Source of the DNA: an uncultured Novosphingobium sp.
Lineage (GTDB): Bacteria > Pseudomonadota > Alphaproteobacteria > Sphingomonadales > Sphingomonadaceae
Length of the DNA: 64,000 bases
Assembly (NCBI GenBank): GCA_964550775.1
Contig: CAZKAX010000003.1
Coordinates: 1,740 to 65,739 of the forward strand
Reading direction: 5' to 3'
The notes under the pieces are model-generated. The model ran no database searches, had not been told where the DNA came from, and saw nothing but the letters and a program-made list of their open reading frames with translations. Of the stretch, positions 38,869-49,335 are shown piece after piece (position 1 is the first letter of the stretch; the number at the start of each line of letters is the position of its first letter). Position numbers and translations under genes: made by a program.

Positions 38869-41370
38869 TCAAAATGCGAGCCGACCCTTCAGCAGCCAAG
38901 TCCGCGGCGGATTGATGTATTCGAGGTTCGCCAGAGTCGATTCCACGGCTTCCTCGTCAAAGCAGTTGCGGCATTCCACCGACATCGACCAACCTGCCTC
39001 GCTCTTGAGAGTCAGCGTGGCGTTGGCAATCCACCGCGCGTCGCTCAGCGAACCGGCGATCCGGGGGCCATTGCCCACGATATTGTTGGCATAGACCGTT
39101 CCGGTGGAGCTGGTCACGGGATCGTCATAGAAGGTCACGTTGCTCGTGCCAACTTCGCTCTTGTCGCGCCAGTTTGCGTTGACCGCGGGAATCAGGCTCA
39201 GCCCGCCGCCCAGTTCCGCTTCATAGCTGCCACCGATCGAAAGGTTGAACTTAGGCGTACGTACCGGGCTGGCAAGCGAGCCGTTTGCTGCCACGATGCC
39301 CTGCGCGCAATCCGTTGCATTGCCGCCGGGCACCAGACCTGCTGCAAGCTGCGCCAGGCACTTGGCCTGCTGTGCGCCAACCGATTGTACGCCATAAGCG
39401 TCAAGCACCGGACGATTGAGGTCGATCTTGTACTTGTCGTCCTGATACCCGAACGAGGCAAACACGTTCAGGCCGCGCGCGGGAACAGCATTGATTTCAA
39501 GTTCGATGCCCTTGTTTTCGTAGTCCGCAAAATTGCGGGTAACGAACCCGATCGAACCATTGGCACGAACAAAGCCCGACGGGGTCTGCAGCCCGCTGAC
39601 GTCCAGCCAGTAGGCAGAAAGGTTCACGCGCAGACGGCGGTCCAGCAGCTCGGACTTGACACCCGTTTCATAGCTCCAGGCCTGTTCGGCGTCGAACGGC
39701 AGCAATTCGGACGGGCTGGTCCCGCGGGCATTCCAGCCACCCGACTTGAAGCCCTTGGTCGCCGAAGCGAACAGCAGGATATCCTCGGATGCTTTGTAAT
39801 TGACCGCGAAGCGCGGGGTCCAGATCTTGACGTTCTGCTTGCGCGGAATGGCCCGGCCATTCGGAACGACCAGATTGATATCGGCCAGGCAGCTGGCTTC
39901 GACCGTGCCGTCATTGCACGAAGCGCGATTGTCACGGATCGAGAACCGCTTGGTTTCATCCGTATAGCGGATACCGGCCGTCAACTTGAGCTTGTCGGTA
40001 ACGTTCAGGTCACCCTGAAGGTAGCCGGCGTAAGCCCGCGTCGAATTCGTCATGATGCGGTCCGCAAGAACCAGCGTATTCCCCTGCGGGGCGGGCGTTG
40101 CGGCGCTGGCGATCGTGAACAGATCGGCGAAATCGCTGAAGTTGTCTTCTTCGAAGTAGTAGACACCCCCAACCAGGTCGACCAGCCCGTCACCTAGAGT
40201 GGCGTTTACCTTGATTTCCTGCGAAAACTGCGAAAATTCGCCTTCATTTGCCACAGTGAAGCCGCCACGGACAAAGCTCTGCACCGGGGCCTTCGGAACA
40301 TTGATGCTGGGCAGCGCGCGCCCGTCGGAGAAATCGAGCGCGTAATCCTGGGTCGTGTAAACGTAGCCAGTGATGAGGCTGACACTCAGGTCGTCGTTGC
40401 CCAGCTTCAAATTCGATGAGACGAAGTCCATCGATGTCTTCACGAAATGACCGAAATCATTCTTCTTGCCGGTGATCCGCCCGCCAAAGTTGCCGTCCCG
40501 CCGGAAGCCAGTCGTCACAAAGCGACCATCGCACTGCGCAGGATTGGCAGGATTGCAATCGAAGTTGGCGATGTTGGCGCCGTCAGCAAAGGTGTGGATA
40601 TACGAACCGGTCCAGGTCGCGTTTTCGGACAAGTCCGCGCGCAGCCCCAGTCGCACGCCCCAACCGTCATTCTGGTTCTGGCGCTCACCCGTGACGGTGT
40701 TCTTCGCATAGCCGTCGCTGTCCTGGACATAGCCAGAAACCTTGACCGCGAAGCTGTCGCTCAGCGGAATGTTCAGCGAACTGTTGAGCTGCCACAGGTT
40801 ATACGAACCATAGCCGGCCTGAACATAACCACCAAGGTCCGGTTCGGGATCCTTGAGGAACACTGCAACAGCACCGCCAGTGGTGTTCCGGCCAAACAGC
40901 GTTCCCTGGGGCCCGCGCAACACTTCGACCCGCTCGACATCAAACAGCGAGAGGTTGTTCGCATTCTGCCGCGAAAGGTAAATGTCATCCACATAAGTAC
41001 CGATCGGGGGGTCGAATGTGGGGATGGATTCAGTGTTGCCGAGGCCGCGCATATAGTACGCGTTTGCCGATCCGAGACCGGTATTGTTGATGCCAACGAG
41101 GTTCGGAACGTACTGCGTTACCTCAAGCGCGCTGCTGACGCCGCGCGTTGCGAGTTCCGCGTCATTGAATGCGCTGATGGCGATCGGAACGGACTGCACG
41201 CTTTCGCTGCGCCGCTGAGCGGTAACGGTAATCTCGTTCAGGCCGTAAGCATCATCTTCACTTTCCTGGGCCACGGCTGCCCCAGACTCATCCTGCGCGA
41301 ATGCGACGTTGCTGCTGGCAACTACGGCCAAAGCGGCGATGGCAACACCCCGGTACAATACTGCTCTCAT
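38869..41370 (-). CDS. TonB-dependent receptor
   Basis: Signal peptide, TonB box EITVTAQRR, plug motif VEVLRGPQGTLFGRNTTGG and C-terminal Phe. AGGAAGG RBS before ATG 41370. Confidence 0.96.
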   Translation of the reverse strand: MRAVLYRGVAIAALAVVASSNVAFAQDESGAAVAQESEDDAYGLNEITVTAQRRSESVQSVPIAISAFNDAELATRGVSSALEVTQYVPNLVGINNTGLGSANAYYMRGLGNTESIPTFDPPIGTYVDDIYLSRQNANNLSLFDVERVEVLRGPQGTLFGRNTTGGAVAVFLKDPEPDLGGYVQAGYGSYNLWQLNSSLNIPLSDSFAVKVSGYVQDSDGYAKNTVTGERQNQNDGWGVRLGLRADLSENATWTGSYIHTFADGANIANFDCNPANPAQCDGRFVTTGFRRDGNFGGRITGKKNDFGHFVKTSMDFVSSNLKLGNDDLSVSLITGYVYTTQDYALDFSDGRALPSINVPKAPVQSFVRGGFTVANEGEFSQFSQEIKVNATLGDGLVDLVGGVYYFEEDNFSDFADLFTIASAATPAPQGNTLVLADRIMTNSTRAYAGYLQGDLNVTDKLKLTAGIRYTDETKRFSIRDNRASCNDGTVEASCLADINLVVPNGRAIPRKQNVKIWTPRFAVNYKASEDILLFASATKGFKSGGWNARGTSPSELLPFDAEQAWSYETGVKSELLDRRLRVNLSAYWLDVSGLQTPSGFVRANGSIGFVTRNFADYENKGIELEINAVPARGLNVFASFGYQDDKYKIDLNRPVLDAYGVQSVGAQQAKCLAQLAAGLVPGGNATDCAQGIVAANGSLASPVRTPKFNLSIGGSYEAELGGGLSLIPAVNANWRDKSEVGTSNVTFYDDPVTSSTGTVYANNIVGNGPRIAGSLSDARWIANATLTLKSEAGWSMSVECRNCFDEEAVESTLANLEYINPPRTWLLKGRLAF

Positions 41371-41399
41371 GTACAAACCCTTCCTGTCGGATGATATTG

Positions 41400-41414
41400 T
41401 ATTTGTCCGTACAA
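41400..41414. promoter_or_regulatory. Putative GntR/HutC operator TATTTGTCCGTACAA
   Basis: Near-palindrome upstream of the TBDR; identical over 15 bp to the reverse complement of 59789-59803. Confidence 0.7.
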
Positions 41415-41515
41415 GTTTGCACAGCGCCACAGCTTATGCAAGGGAGGCAATGTCAATCGTTGGAAAAACGCACGCGGCATACCGTTTGCCGCTGCCAAGC
41501 GAAGGGGGTTCCGAA

Positions 41516-42199
41516 ATGCCGGAGATGTCAGTTACCCTGTATCAAGTTCTTGTTTTCACACACTTGCTGTTGTTCGTTCTGTGGCTTGGTGCCGACGTCG
41601 GCGTGTTTCTGCTAGGCCAGCACTTCAGGAAGCGCGAGAAGTGGACGCTGCCCCAGCGACTCGCGTTGCTACAACTGCTGGTCAATGTTGATATGGTCCC
41701 TCGGTCAGCCTGGGCGCTGATGGTGCCCCTTACCCTTTCCATGGTCGACGCCGGTGGCTGGTGGAATCTTCCCGGCTCGGCGATCGTCGCGGCATGGGCA
41801 ATCGGGGGCTTTTGGCTCTGGCTGGTCTGGGACAGCCATTTCCACGATCAAACTCCGCGGGCAAAGCGCAACAATCGTATCGAGTTCGTGCTGAAGATCG
41901 CGCTTACGGTATTCTATCTTGCACTTGGCGTGGTTTCCCTTGTGAAGGGCACCCCGCTGGCGCCGCTGTGGCTGGCGGGGAAGGCCGTCATGTTCGGCCT
42001 GATCTTTGCGGCCGCGATCATGATCGACGTAGCATTCAAACCGGTCGGGCCGCAGCTTGGCCGCCTGATTGCCGAAGGCTCCAGCGATGAAACGGAAGTG
42101 CCACTGCGGCGTACGATGGACCTGACCCGAATCTGGGTCTGGGTTGTGTATATCCTCCTGCTGGGAACGGCCTTCCTGGGCAACATCAAGCCCTTCTGA
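41516..42199 (+). CDS. Multi-pass membrane protein of unknown function (paralog of 59903-60595)
   Basis: About 6 TM segments; N-terminal H.....WLG motif and C-terminal FLG..KP(F/I). Confidence 0.8.
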   Translation: MPEMSVTLYQVLVFTHLLLFVLWLGADVGVFLLGQHFRKREKWTLPQRLALLQLLVNVDMVPRSAWALMVPLTLSMVDAGGWWNLPGSAIVAAWAIGGFWLWLVWDSHFHDQTPRAKRNNRIEFVLKIALTVFYLALGVVSLVKGTPLAPLWLAGKAVMFGLIFAAAIMIDVAFKPVGPQLGRLIAEGSSDETEVPLRRTMDLTRIWVWVVYILLLGTAFLGNIKPF

Positions 42200-42308
42200 T
42201 GCCTCCTGCCCGGTCCGGCATCTCGACCGCTGATGCGGCAAGCCGGACCGGGAAATCTCTCCTGTATCGACAAGGCAGGCACGGCCGCGCAAACCGACCA
42301 GAAAAACA

Positions 42309-42333
42309 TTGACTTTACCACTTGTCCGGACAA
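42309..42333 (+). promoter_or_regulatory. -35-like TTGACT followed by the perfect palindrome TTGTCCGGACAA (putative operator)
   Basis: TTGACT at 42309-42314; palindrome at 42322-42333, 10 bp before the lyase ATG. Confidence 0.7.
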
Positions 42334-42343
42334 CTTGGGAATC

Positions 42344-43168
42344 ATGATCCGCTTCACAAACTTCTTGTTCGTGCCGGCGAACCGCCCGGACCGCATCGAA
42401 AAGGCACTTTCGAGCGAGGCCGACCTCGTCTGCATGGATCTGGAAGATTCGGTCCCTGTTGCCGAAAAAGATTCGGCTCGCGTTATTGCATTGGAATCGC
42501 TGGCGCAAATCGCGTCGCCGCGCTTGGCTCTGCGCATCAATGGCTTGGCCACGCGGGCCGGCCTTGCAGATCTGCTGGCCCTCGCGGATGCCAAAGTGAT
42601 GCCGGACACACTGTTTCTGCCCATGGTGCAGGAAGCGGCCGAACCGGAACAGGTCACCGCCATTCTGGGTGCCGCCACGCCCTCGCTCATTCCGTTGATC
42701 GAAACCGTTCGAGGCCTAAGGAATGCCGATGCGATCGGCGCATGCTCCACGGTTGGCGCCCTGATGTTTGGCGGCGGGGATTTTTCCGCCGAGTTGGGTG
42801 TCAACCTTGCCTGGGATCCACTCCTCGCGGCACGCAGCGCGCTCGTGATGAGTTGCGCCGTCAACCGGATCGCCGCGATCGACGTGCCGTTTATCGATCT
42901 CAACCATGATGCAGGGCTGGAGACGGAATGCCGCGCCGCCAAGGCGCTGGGCTTTTCGGCCAAGGCAGCAATCCATCCACGTCAGATCGCAACGATTGCG
43001 GGCGTGATGCGCCCGTCGGATGCCGAAGTTGCAGAAGCACGGGAAGCACTGGCGGCTTTCGAGGCTGGCGGGGGGCGTCCCATCGCGTTTCGCGGCCGGA
43101 TGCTGGAAGCGCCAGTGATGCACCGATACCGCAGAATCCTGGCCGCATCCAATCCGGCAAGAACTTGA
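42344..43168 (+). CDS. CitE/HpcH-family acyl-CoA lyase (citryl/malyl/citramalyl-CoA lyase-like)
   Basis: LFVPANRP, DLEDSV, RING, LIET, FGGGDF and KAAIHPRQ motifs. Confidence 0.9.
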   Translation: MIRFTNFLFVPANRPDRIEKALSSEADLVCMDLEDSVPVAEKDSARVIALESLAQIASPRLALRINGLATRAGLADLLALADAKVMPDTLFLPMVQEAAEPEQVTAILGAATPSLIPLIETVRGLRNADAIGACSTVGALMFGGGDFSAELGVNLAWDPLLAARSALVMSCAVNRIAAIDVPFIDLNHDAGLETECRAAKALGFSAKAAIHPRQIATIAGVMRPSDAEVAEAREALAAFEAGGGRPIAFRGRMLEAPVMHRYRRILAASNPART

Positions 43169-43202
43169 AAGCGACAGAAACCGAATAAGAAGGAAAAAGC
43201 CT

Positions 43203-43712
43203 ATGCGTGCAGGAGTTATCGAAGTCTCTCCCGGTCGTTTCCGCGAGACTTTTGGCCGATTTTTCGAAGATTTCGTGGTCGGACACATTTACGAACATCG
43301 CCCCGGACGGACCATTACCGATGCCGACAACGTGGAATTCACGTTGTTGACGATGAACACGCACCCGGCGCACTTCGACTATGAATTTGCCAAGAAGACC
43401 GAGTTCGGAAAGCCGCTCGTCTGCTCTCCGCTGACCGTCGCGCTGATGGTGGGGATGAGCGTTTCGGACTGCAGCCAGAAGGCAGTCGCCAATCTGGGCT
43501 GGGACAAGATTCGGCTGACCCACCCGCTGTTCCCTGGCGACACGCTCTATGCGGAGAGCGAAGTCCTAGACAAGCGCGAGTCCAGCTCGCGCCCCGAACA
43601 AGGTATCGTCACCGTTCGCACCATCGGCAAGAACCAGCACGGCGATGTGGTCTGCACGTTCGAACGGACCATGCTGATCTGGAAGCGCGGCTTCGGCCCG
43701 GTCGACGATTGA
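43203..43712 (+). CDS. MaoC-family (hot-dog) dehydratase
   Basis: GRFFEDF, GRTITDADN, NTHPAHFD and ANLGW motifs. Confidence 0.92.
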   Translation: MRAGVIEVSPGRFRETFGRFFEDFVVGHIYEHRPGRTITDADNVEFTLLTMNTHPAHFDYEFAKKTEFGKPLVCSPLTVALMVGMSVSDCSQKAVANLGWDKIRLTHPLFPGDTLYAESEVLDKRESSSRPEQGIVTVRTIGKNQHGDVVCTFERTMLIWKRGFGPVDD

Positions 43713-43783
43713 ATTGATACATTGGCGGCACGCTGCGACTGGGCGCGTGCCGCCCTTCAAGCGACTGAATTTGGAGAATAGAT

Positions 43784-44953
43784 ATGTCGGCAAGCGATCC
43801 ACGGTTCATCGAGCCAGAAGAGGAACAGGCGTTCCTCGACACGATTGAACGCTGGGTGCAAAAGGAAGTCCGCCCGGTTGTGATGGAACATGACCACGGC
43901 GACATCTGGCCTGAAAAGCTGGTTCACCAGATGGCCGAACTGGGGCTTTTCGGGGCGACCATTGGCCGTGAATATGGCGGCCTCGGCTTGCCGGCTTCCA
44001 CCTACGTCAAGATCATCGCTTACATCTCGTCCTACTGGATGGCGATTACGGGCATCGTCAACTCGCACCTGATCATGGCTGCGGCTGTCGAGCGATTTGG
44101 CACCGAAGCGCAAAAAGCAAAGTGGCTTCCGGTCTTCGCCACGGGCGAAATTCGAGGCGGCCTGGCGTTGACGGAGCCTAACGCCGGGACTGATCTGCAG
44201 GCAATTCGCACGATCGCCCAGCGCGAAGGTGACGAATACGTGATCAACGGCACCAAGACCTGGATCTCGAACGGCATCCAGGGCAGCTGTTTTGCGCTGC
44301 TGGTCAAGACGGACCCCAAGGCCGATCCGCGCTACAAGGGCATGAGCCTGATGATCGCCCCCAAGGGCGAAGGCTTCCATGTCGGCAAAAAGTTCGACAA
44401 GCTTGGCTACAAGTCAATCGACAGCGCCGAGCTGGTCTTTGATAACTATCGGATCCCGGTCGATAATCTGATCGGCGGTGTCGAAGGACATGGCTTCTTC
44501 CAGGCCACTGGCGGGCTGGAGCTGGGCCGGATCAACGTTGCGGCGCGCGGTGTCGGCCTGGCAGAAGGCGCCCTGCGGCTTGCTACCGAATATGCGCAGG
44601 TCCGACAGACGATGGGTCGCCCGATTGCGGATCACCAGGCCATCCAGCTCAAGTTGGGCGAAATGGTAACGCGCGCGCGTGCCGCCCGCCTGCTGACATT
44701 CGACGCTGCGGAGGCCTATGATCGCGGTGAACGCTGCGACATGGAAGCCGGCATGGCCAAGTACTTCGCCTCCGAGGCCGCTGTCCGTAACAGTGAAGAG
44801 GCGCTGCGCATCTACGGCGGATACGGATATTCCAAGGAGTACGAGATCGAGCGCTATTATCGCGACTCCATCCTCATGTGCATTGGCGAAGGCACCAATG
44901 AAATGCAGCGCATGATCATCTCCAAGCAATGGATCAAGCGGAACCCTGCATAA
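43784..44953 (+). CDS. Acyl-CoA dehydrogenase
   Basis: ALTEPNAGTD, NGTKTWISN, IYGGYGY and IGEGTNE motifs. Confidence 0.94.
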   Translation: MSASDPRFIEPEEEQAFLDTIERWVQKEVRPVVMEHDHGDIWPEKLVHQMAELGLFGATIGREYGGLGLPASTYVKIIAYISSYWMAITGIVNSHLIMAAAVERFGTEAQKAKWLPVFATGEIRGGLALTEPNAGTDLQAIRTIAQREGDEYVINGTKTWISNGIQGSCFALLVKTDPKADPRYKGMSLMIAPKGEGFHVGKKFDKLGYKSIDSAELVFDNYRIPVDNLIGGVEGHGFFQATGGLELGRINVAARGVGLAEGALRLATEYAQVRQTMGRPIADHQAIQLKLGEMVTRARAARLLTFDAAEAYDRGERCDMEAGMAKYFASEAAVRNSEEALRIYGGYGYSKEYEIERYYRDSILMCIGEGTNEMQRMIISKQWIKRNPA

Positions 44954-46161
44954 TGGCACAACGTCTCCCCCTTTCCGGATTTCGGATCCTTTCTGCAGAA
45001 CAATACGGCGCTGGCCCGTATGGCACGATGTTCCTTGCTCAGCTTGGCGCAGAGGTCATCAAGATCGAGCCGCCTGCCACCGACAATTCGAGTGGTGGGG
45101 ATACGGCCCGTGCGGTTGGTCCTCATTTCTTGCGAAAGGGGGAGAGCCTCTATTTTCAGGCCTTCAACCTCAACAAGCGGTCGCTTACGCTCGACCTGCG
45201 CACCGATGAAGGCCAGGAGATCTTTCACGCCCTCGTCGCCCGGTCCCATGCCGTTGCAAACAACATGCGCGGGGATCTGCCAGGCGCGCTTGGCCTGACA
45301 TATGATGCGCTGAAGCAGGTGAATCCGGCAATCGTGTGCGCACATCTTTCGGCATATGGCCGGGATAACGAGCGCGCATGCTGGCCCGGTTACGATTACC
45401 TGATGCAGGCTGAGGCGGGCTTCATGGAACTGACTGGGGAGCCCGATGGTCCGCCGTCCCGGTTCGGGCTGTCGATGGTTGATTTCATGACCGGTACGAT
45501 GATGAGCATCGGTCTCCTCGCAGCGCTGGTAGATGCGCAGCGCACTGGAGAGGGGCGCGACGTGGACGTGGACCTGCTTGGAACCGCCCTGCACCAGACC
45601 AGCTATCCGGCGGTGTGGTATCTCAACACCGGTGACGTGACGACGCGCAGCCCACGGTCTGCCCACCCGTCTGTAACGCCGAGCCAGCTGGTCAAATCAG
45701 CCGATGGCTGGGTTTTCGTCATGGCGCAACTGCCGAAGTTCTGGACAATTCTATGCGAACGGATCGGCCAGACCGGTCTGGCGAATGACCCCCGGTTTGC
45801 AACCCCCGCTGCGCGCCTTGCCAACCGTGACGAGTTAACCGGGATCCTGGACAGTATCTTCTCGGCGCAGCCGATCAGTCACTGGCTTGGCCTGCTGGAA
45901 GGCCACATGCCGGTAGCGCCGGTCTATGGCCTCGACATGGCGCTGGACAACCCCTTCATCCATTCGACAGGCATGGTCCAGACCACGGATCACCCGGATC
46001 TGGCCGGGATGAGGGTACTGGGCAACCCCATTCGACTGGATGGCAAGCGCCTGCCCACGCAAGCCGCACCTTTACTGGGCGCCGATACGGACGCGATCCT
46101 GAGCGAAATTGGCTATGACGAGGAAGCCATCGCCCGTCTGCGTTCCGCCAGGGTGGTGTAA
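44953..46161 (+). CDS. Family III (CaiB/BaiF) CoA transferase
   Basis: AGPYGT..LAQLGAEVIKIE, NKRSLTLDL, GYD and catalytic Asp in MVDFMTG. Confidence 0.93.
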   Translation: MAQRLPLSGFRILSAEQYGAGPYGTMFLAQLGAEVIKIEPPATDNSSGGDTARAVGPHFLRKGESLYFQAFNLNKRSLTLDLRTDEGQEIFHALVARSHAVANNMRGDLPGALGLTYDALKQVNPAIVCAHLSAYGRDNERACWPGYDYLMQAEAGFMELTGEPDGPPSRFGLSMVDFMTGTMMSIGLLAALVDAQRTGEGRDVDVDLLGTALHQTSYPAVWYLNTGDVTTRSPRSAHPSVTPSQLVKSADGWVFVMAQLPKFWTILCERIGQTGLANDPRFATPAARLANRDELTGILDSIFSAQPISHWLGLLEGHMPVAPVYGLDMALDNPFIHSTGMVQTTDHPDLAGMRVLGNPIRLDGKRLPTQAAPLLGADTDAILSEIGYDEEAIARLRSARVV

Positions 46162-46166
46162 GGCCG

Positions 46167-47240
46167 ATGGGGAAGCTGACCGGCATCAAAGTCGTTGATC
46201 TTTCCTTGTTCCTCCCCGGACCAATGCTGACCATGATGATGGCAGACCAGGGAGCACAAGTGACCAAGGTTGAGCCGCCCACGGGCGACCCGGCCCGCGC
46301 GATGGAGCCGATGGAGGCTGGTGAATCCGTCTGGTTCAACAACCTGAACCGGGGGAAGGAATGCCTTCGCCTTGACCTGAAGTCGGACGACGGGCGCGCG
46401 GCACTGTGGCGTTTGATTGATGAAGCAGATGTTCTGGTGGAAGGTTTCCGGCCGGGCGTGATGGAGCGGCTGGGCTTCGGTTACAAAACGGTCGCGGATC
46501 GCAATCCCGGCATCGTTTATTGTTCGGTATCCGCCTTCGGGCAAACCGGTGCCATGGCGCATCACCCGGCCCACGACATGGCCGTACAAGCGCATGCCGG
46601 CTTTCTGTCGGTCAATGATGGGCCGGATGGAACCCCGGTGGTTCCAGGCGTGCCATCAGCGGATATGGCTGCCGGGCTGACCGGTCTTGCCGCCGTCCTG
46701 ATGGCCCTGATCGGCCGACAGGCAAGCGGACGTGGCGATTACATCGATGTGGCCATGTTCGACAGCCTGCTACCTTGGTGCTCGCACATTGCCGGATCGG
46801 CCATCGCAGGCGGGCCGTCGCCGGTTTCGCGCACGCAAAGGTCGCTAGGGGGCGCCGCCTTCTATCAGGTCTATCGCACTGCCGATGATCGGCATGTGGT
46901 ACTGGGCGGCCGTGAAACGAAGTTCGCGGCCAACTTGCTCAATGCGCTGGACCGGCCCGACCTGATCGCGGTGGCGGACCAACCGGCAGGGGAGCAGGAT
47001 CAACTGATCACATTCCTTGCCGGCGTCTTCGCGACCCGTACCCGCGCGGAGTGGGAAGCCTGGTTCGCGGATAAGGACGTCGCCTTTGCTCCCGTGCTGG
47101 ATTTCCGCGAAGCGCTTGACCAGTCGTTCGTGACCGAACGCGAACTGATCGAACAGGTTGACGGCGCCCATCTGTTTGCTCCGGCCATCCGCCTTTCCGA
47201 CACGCCGGACTGGCGGCGTAACAAGGATGGACAACAATGA
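46167..47240 (+). CDS. Family III (CaiB/BaiF) CoA transferase
   Basis: LPGP, NRGK..LDLK, EGFRPGV, AHD and SADMAAG motifs. Confidence 0.93.
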   Translation: MGKLTGIKVVDLSLFLPGPMLTMMMADQGAQVTKVEPPTGDPARAMEPMEAGESVWFNNLNRGKECLRLDLKSDDGRAALWRLIDEADVLVEGFRPGVMERLGFGYKTVADRNPGIVYCSVSAFGQTGAMAHHPAHDMAVQAHAGFLSVNDGPDGTPVVPGVPSADMAAGLTGLAAVLMALIGRQASGRGDYIDVAMFDSLLPWCSHIAGSAIAGGPSPVSRTQRSLGGAAFYQVYRTADDRHVVLGGRETKFAANLLNALDRPDLIAVADQPAGEQDQLITFLAGVFATRTRAEWEAWFADKDVAFAPVLDFREALDQSFVTERELIEQVDGAHLFAPAIRLSDTPDWRRNKDGQQ

Positions 47241-47248
47241 CGGAAACG

Positions 47249-47986
47249 TCAGTCCACTTCGATATGCATGGAGTACGTGAACCGTTCGCCCGGATGGTAG
47301 CTTGCCGAAATTTCGAACAACTGGTCATCCCGATCGAAGTAGCAGCGCAGGATCAGCAGGACCGGATCATCCTCCTTGATACCAAGCACGTCAGCGGTTT
47401 CTTTGGTTGCCTTGACGGCCTGGATGTCCTGCGTAACGCGATTGACCGAACGATCGGCATGTTGCTCGATCTGGCCGAACAAGGTGGGGCTGCCGTTTTC
47501 AAACTTGGCCACGGCATCGGCCAGATCGGGATGAATCCAGGCAAGCGTCAGCGCAATCGGCCTGGTCCGGCCTTCTGCGGTGCGTACGCCGCGAAAGACA
47601 AACCACTTGCCGCTCGGACGCATATTCGTCTTTTCAGCGATGTCCAGGTCAACCTCTTCGCTCTCAAGCTGCTCGAACGAAATCGTAGTGCCCTTGGCGT
47701 ACTGAAGAATTTCGCCAACGTTGGAGAGCGGCTGATGCAGGGTGCCGCCGCGCGCAGAAGGCGACTTCACCACCGTACCCGATCCGCGGCGACGCTTGAT
47801 CAGGCCTTCCTGGGTCAACTTGCGCAATGCCTCGCGAACCGTAAACCGGCTGACCCCATACTGTTTGCAGAGCACGGACTCCGTGGGAAAAGACTGCTTC
47901 GCACTGAAATCACCGCGCAGAACTGCAGCACGCAGTTCGTCGGCAAGTTCAAGGTAACGAGTCTGCTTGATCTTCGCTTCGTGCAT
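47249..47986 (-). CDS. GntR-family regulator (HutC subfamily, UTRA domain)
   Basis: PTESVLCKQYGVSRFTVREAL...RRRGSGT wHTH plus a UTRA-like C-terminus. Confidence 0.92.
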   Translation of the reverse strand: MHEAKIKQTRYLELADELRAAVLRGDFSAKQSFPTESVLCKQYGVSRFTVREALRKLTQEGLIKRRRGSGTVVKSPSARGGTLHQPLSNVGEILQYAKGTTISFEQLESEEVDLDIAEKTNMRPSGKWFVFRGVRTAEGRTRPIALTLAWIHPDLADAVAKFENGSPTLFGQIEQHADRSVNRVTQDIQAVKATKETADVLGIKEDDPVLLILRCYFDRDDQLFEISASYHPGERFTYSMHIEVD

Positions 47987-48043
47987 TTAGGAATTCTGCC
48001 TATCGCATCGTCCGCGCACATTCATACCAGATGTGCATTTAAT

Positions 48044-48055
48044 CTGTCCGTACCG
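48044..48055. promoter_or_regulatory. Weaker copy of the putative operator (CTGTCCGTACCG)
   Basis: 9/12 match to TTGTCCGTACAA, inside the 80-bp gap between gntR and the divergent operon. Confidence 0.5.
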
Positions 48056-48066
48056 GTGCGGTCTGC

Positions 48067-49335
48067 GTGACGCAAGATAGCCTGACATGTCAGTTGGCAA
48101 GCCGCCTGATCCGGCCGGTGGAGCCGAAGGTGCGCGCACGGGCCAGACTGCATTTGCTGGACTGGTTGGCTTGCGTTGCAGGCGGCTTGTCTTCCGAAGC
48201 CGGTTCGATCGCCCGAAAAATTCACGGCTCCCCAAGCGAGCGGGTCGCCTGGATGGGCAACAAGCTGGAAATGGATGACGTTCACCGGATGGCCATTCTC
48301 CATCCCGGCCCGATCGTCTGGCCTGTTGCGCTGGCTGCCGCCGGGCTGGATATGGACCGAATGCTTGACTCTGCCGTTCGCGGTTATGAAGCGATGATTG
48401 CCGTGGGCGCCACTTTCGATGCACAGCACTATGCGTTCTGGCACAACACGGCCACGGCAGGCGTATTCGGTGCGGCAGTTGCGGCTCTGGATGGCATGGC
48501 ATCTGCCCCCGGCGGGAACAGCGTTGGGTCGGCACCGACCGATGGCCTGATGCATGCCCTTGGTCTGGCCGGGTCCATATCCGGCGGTCTATGGCAAATG
48601 CGCCATGAACAGTGCGATGCAAAACAGTGGCACGTTAGCCATGCAGTTGCGACCGGACTGCATGCGGCCCGGTCTGTCCTTGCTGGCGCACGCGGGCCGG
48701 CCTTTGTCCTCGAAGGACCACAAGGGCTTCATGCTGCGACCACCGCTGCCCCGAACCCGCTTAAACTGACCGATCACTGGCGGATCGAAGAAGTAAGCTT
48801 CAAGCCGTGGGCAGCCTGCCGCCATGCGCACCCCGCAATCGACGCCGCGCTGGAACTGAAAAACCGGCTCGGCGGTCTCGATGGTCCGATCACCGTGGAA
48901 ACATATGCGGACGCCCTGACATTCTGCAATCGTGCAAATCCGACCAGTGAAATCGAGGCAAAATTTTCCATCCAGCACTCAGTCGCGCTGGTCGCGGATC
49001 GCGGCGTGCCGCAGCATGCGGATTTCACCCCGTCGGCAATCGCCGCAACCGCCAGCACGAGGGCCCGCATTACGGTTGTGGAAAGTGCCGAGTTCACCAG
49101 CCGCTATCCGGCCCATTTCGGGGCGCGGGTGCGGTGTGGTGGTCACGAAGTGGCCATTGTCGATACGCTTGGCGATCCGGAACGCCCCATGACAGAGGCC
49201 GATATCCTGGCCAAGGCCCAGTCCCTGTTTGCCCTGACCGATCACGCGGCTGATTTTGAATACGCCGCCGACGCGGTATTGCACGGTCGTACCATCACTC
49301 CACTCATCGGCATCCTGAAGGACTGGCTGCAATGA
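48067..49335 (+). CDS. MmgE/PrpD-family protein
   Basis: LEMDDVH...HPG, GYE, WHNT, KPWAACRHAH and AKFS motifs; GTG start. Confidence 0.88.
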   Translation: MTQDSLTCQLASRLIRPVEPKVRARARLHLLDWLACVAGGLSSEAGSIARKIHGSPSERVAWMGNKLEMDDVHRMAILHPGPIVWPVALAAAGLDMDRMLDSAVRGYEAMIAVGATFDAQHYAFWHNTATAGVFGAAVAALDGMASAPGGNSVGSAPTDGLMHALGLAGSISGGLWQMRHEQCDAKQWHVSHAVATGLHAARSVLAGARGPAFVLEGPQGLHAATTAAPNPLKLTDHWRIEEVSFKPWAACRHAHPAIDAALELKNRLGGLDGPITVETYADALTFCNRANPTSEIEAKFSIQHSVALVADRGVPQHADFTPSAIAATASTRARITVVESAEFTSRYPAHFGARVRCGGHEVAIVDTLGDPERPMTEADILAKAQSLFALTDHAADFEYAADAVLHGRTITPLIGILKDWLQ

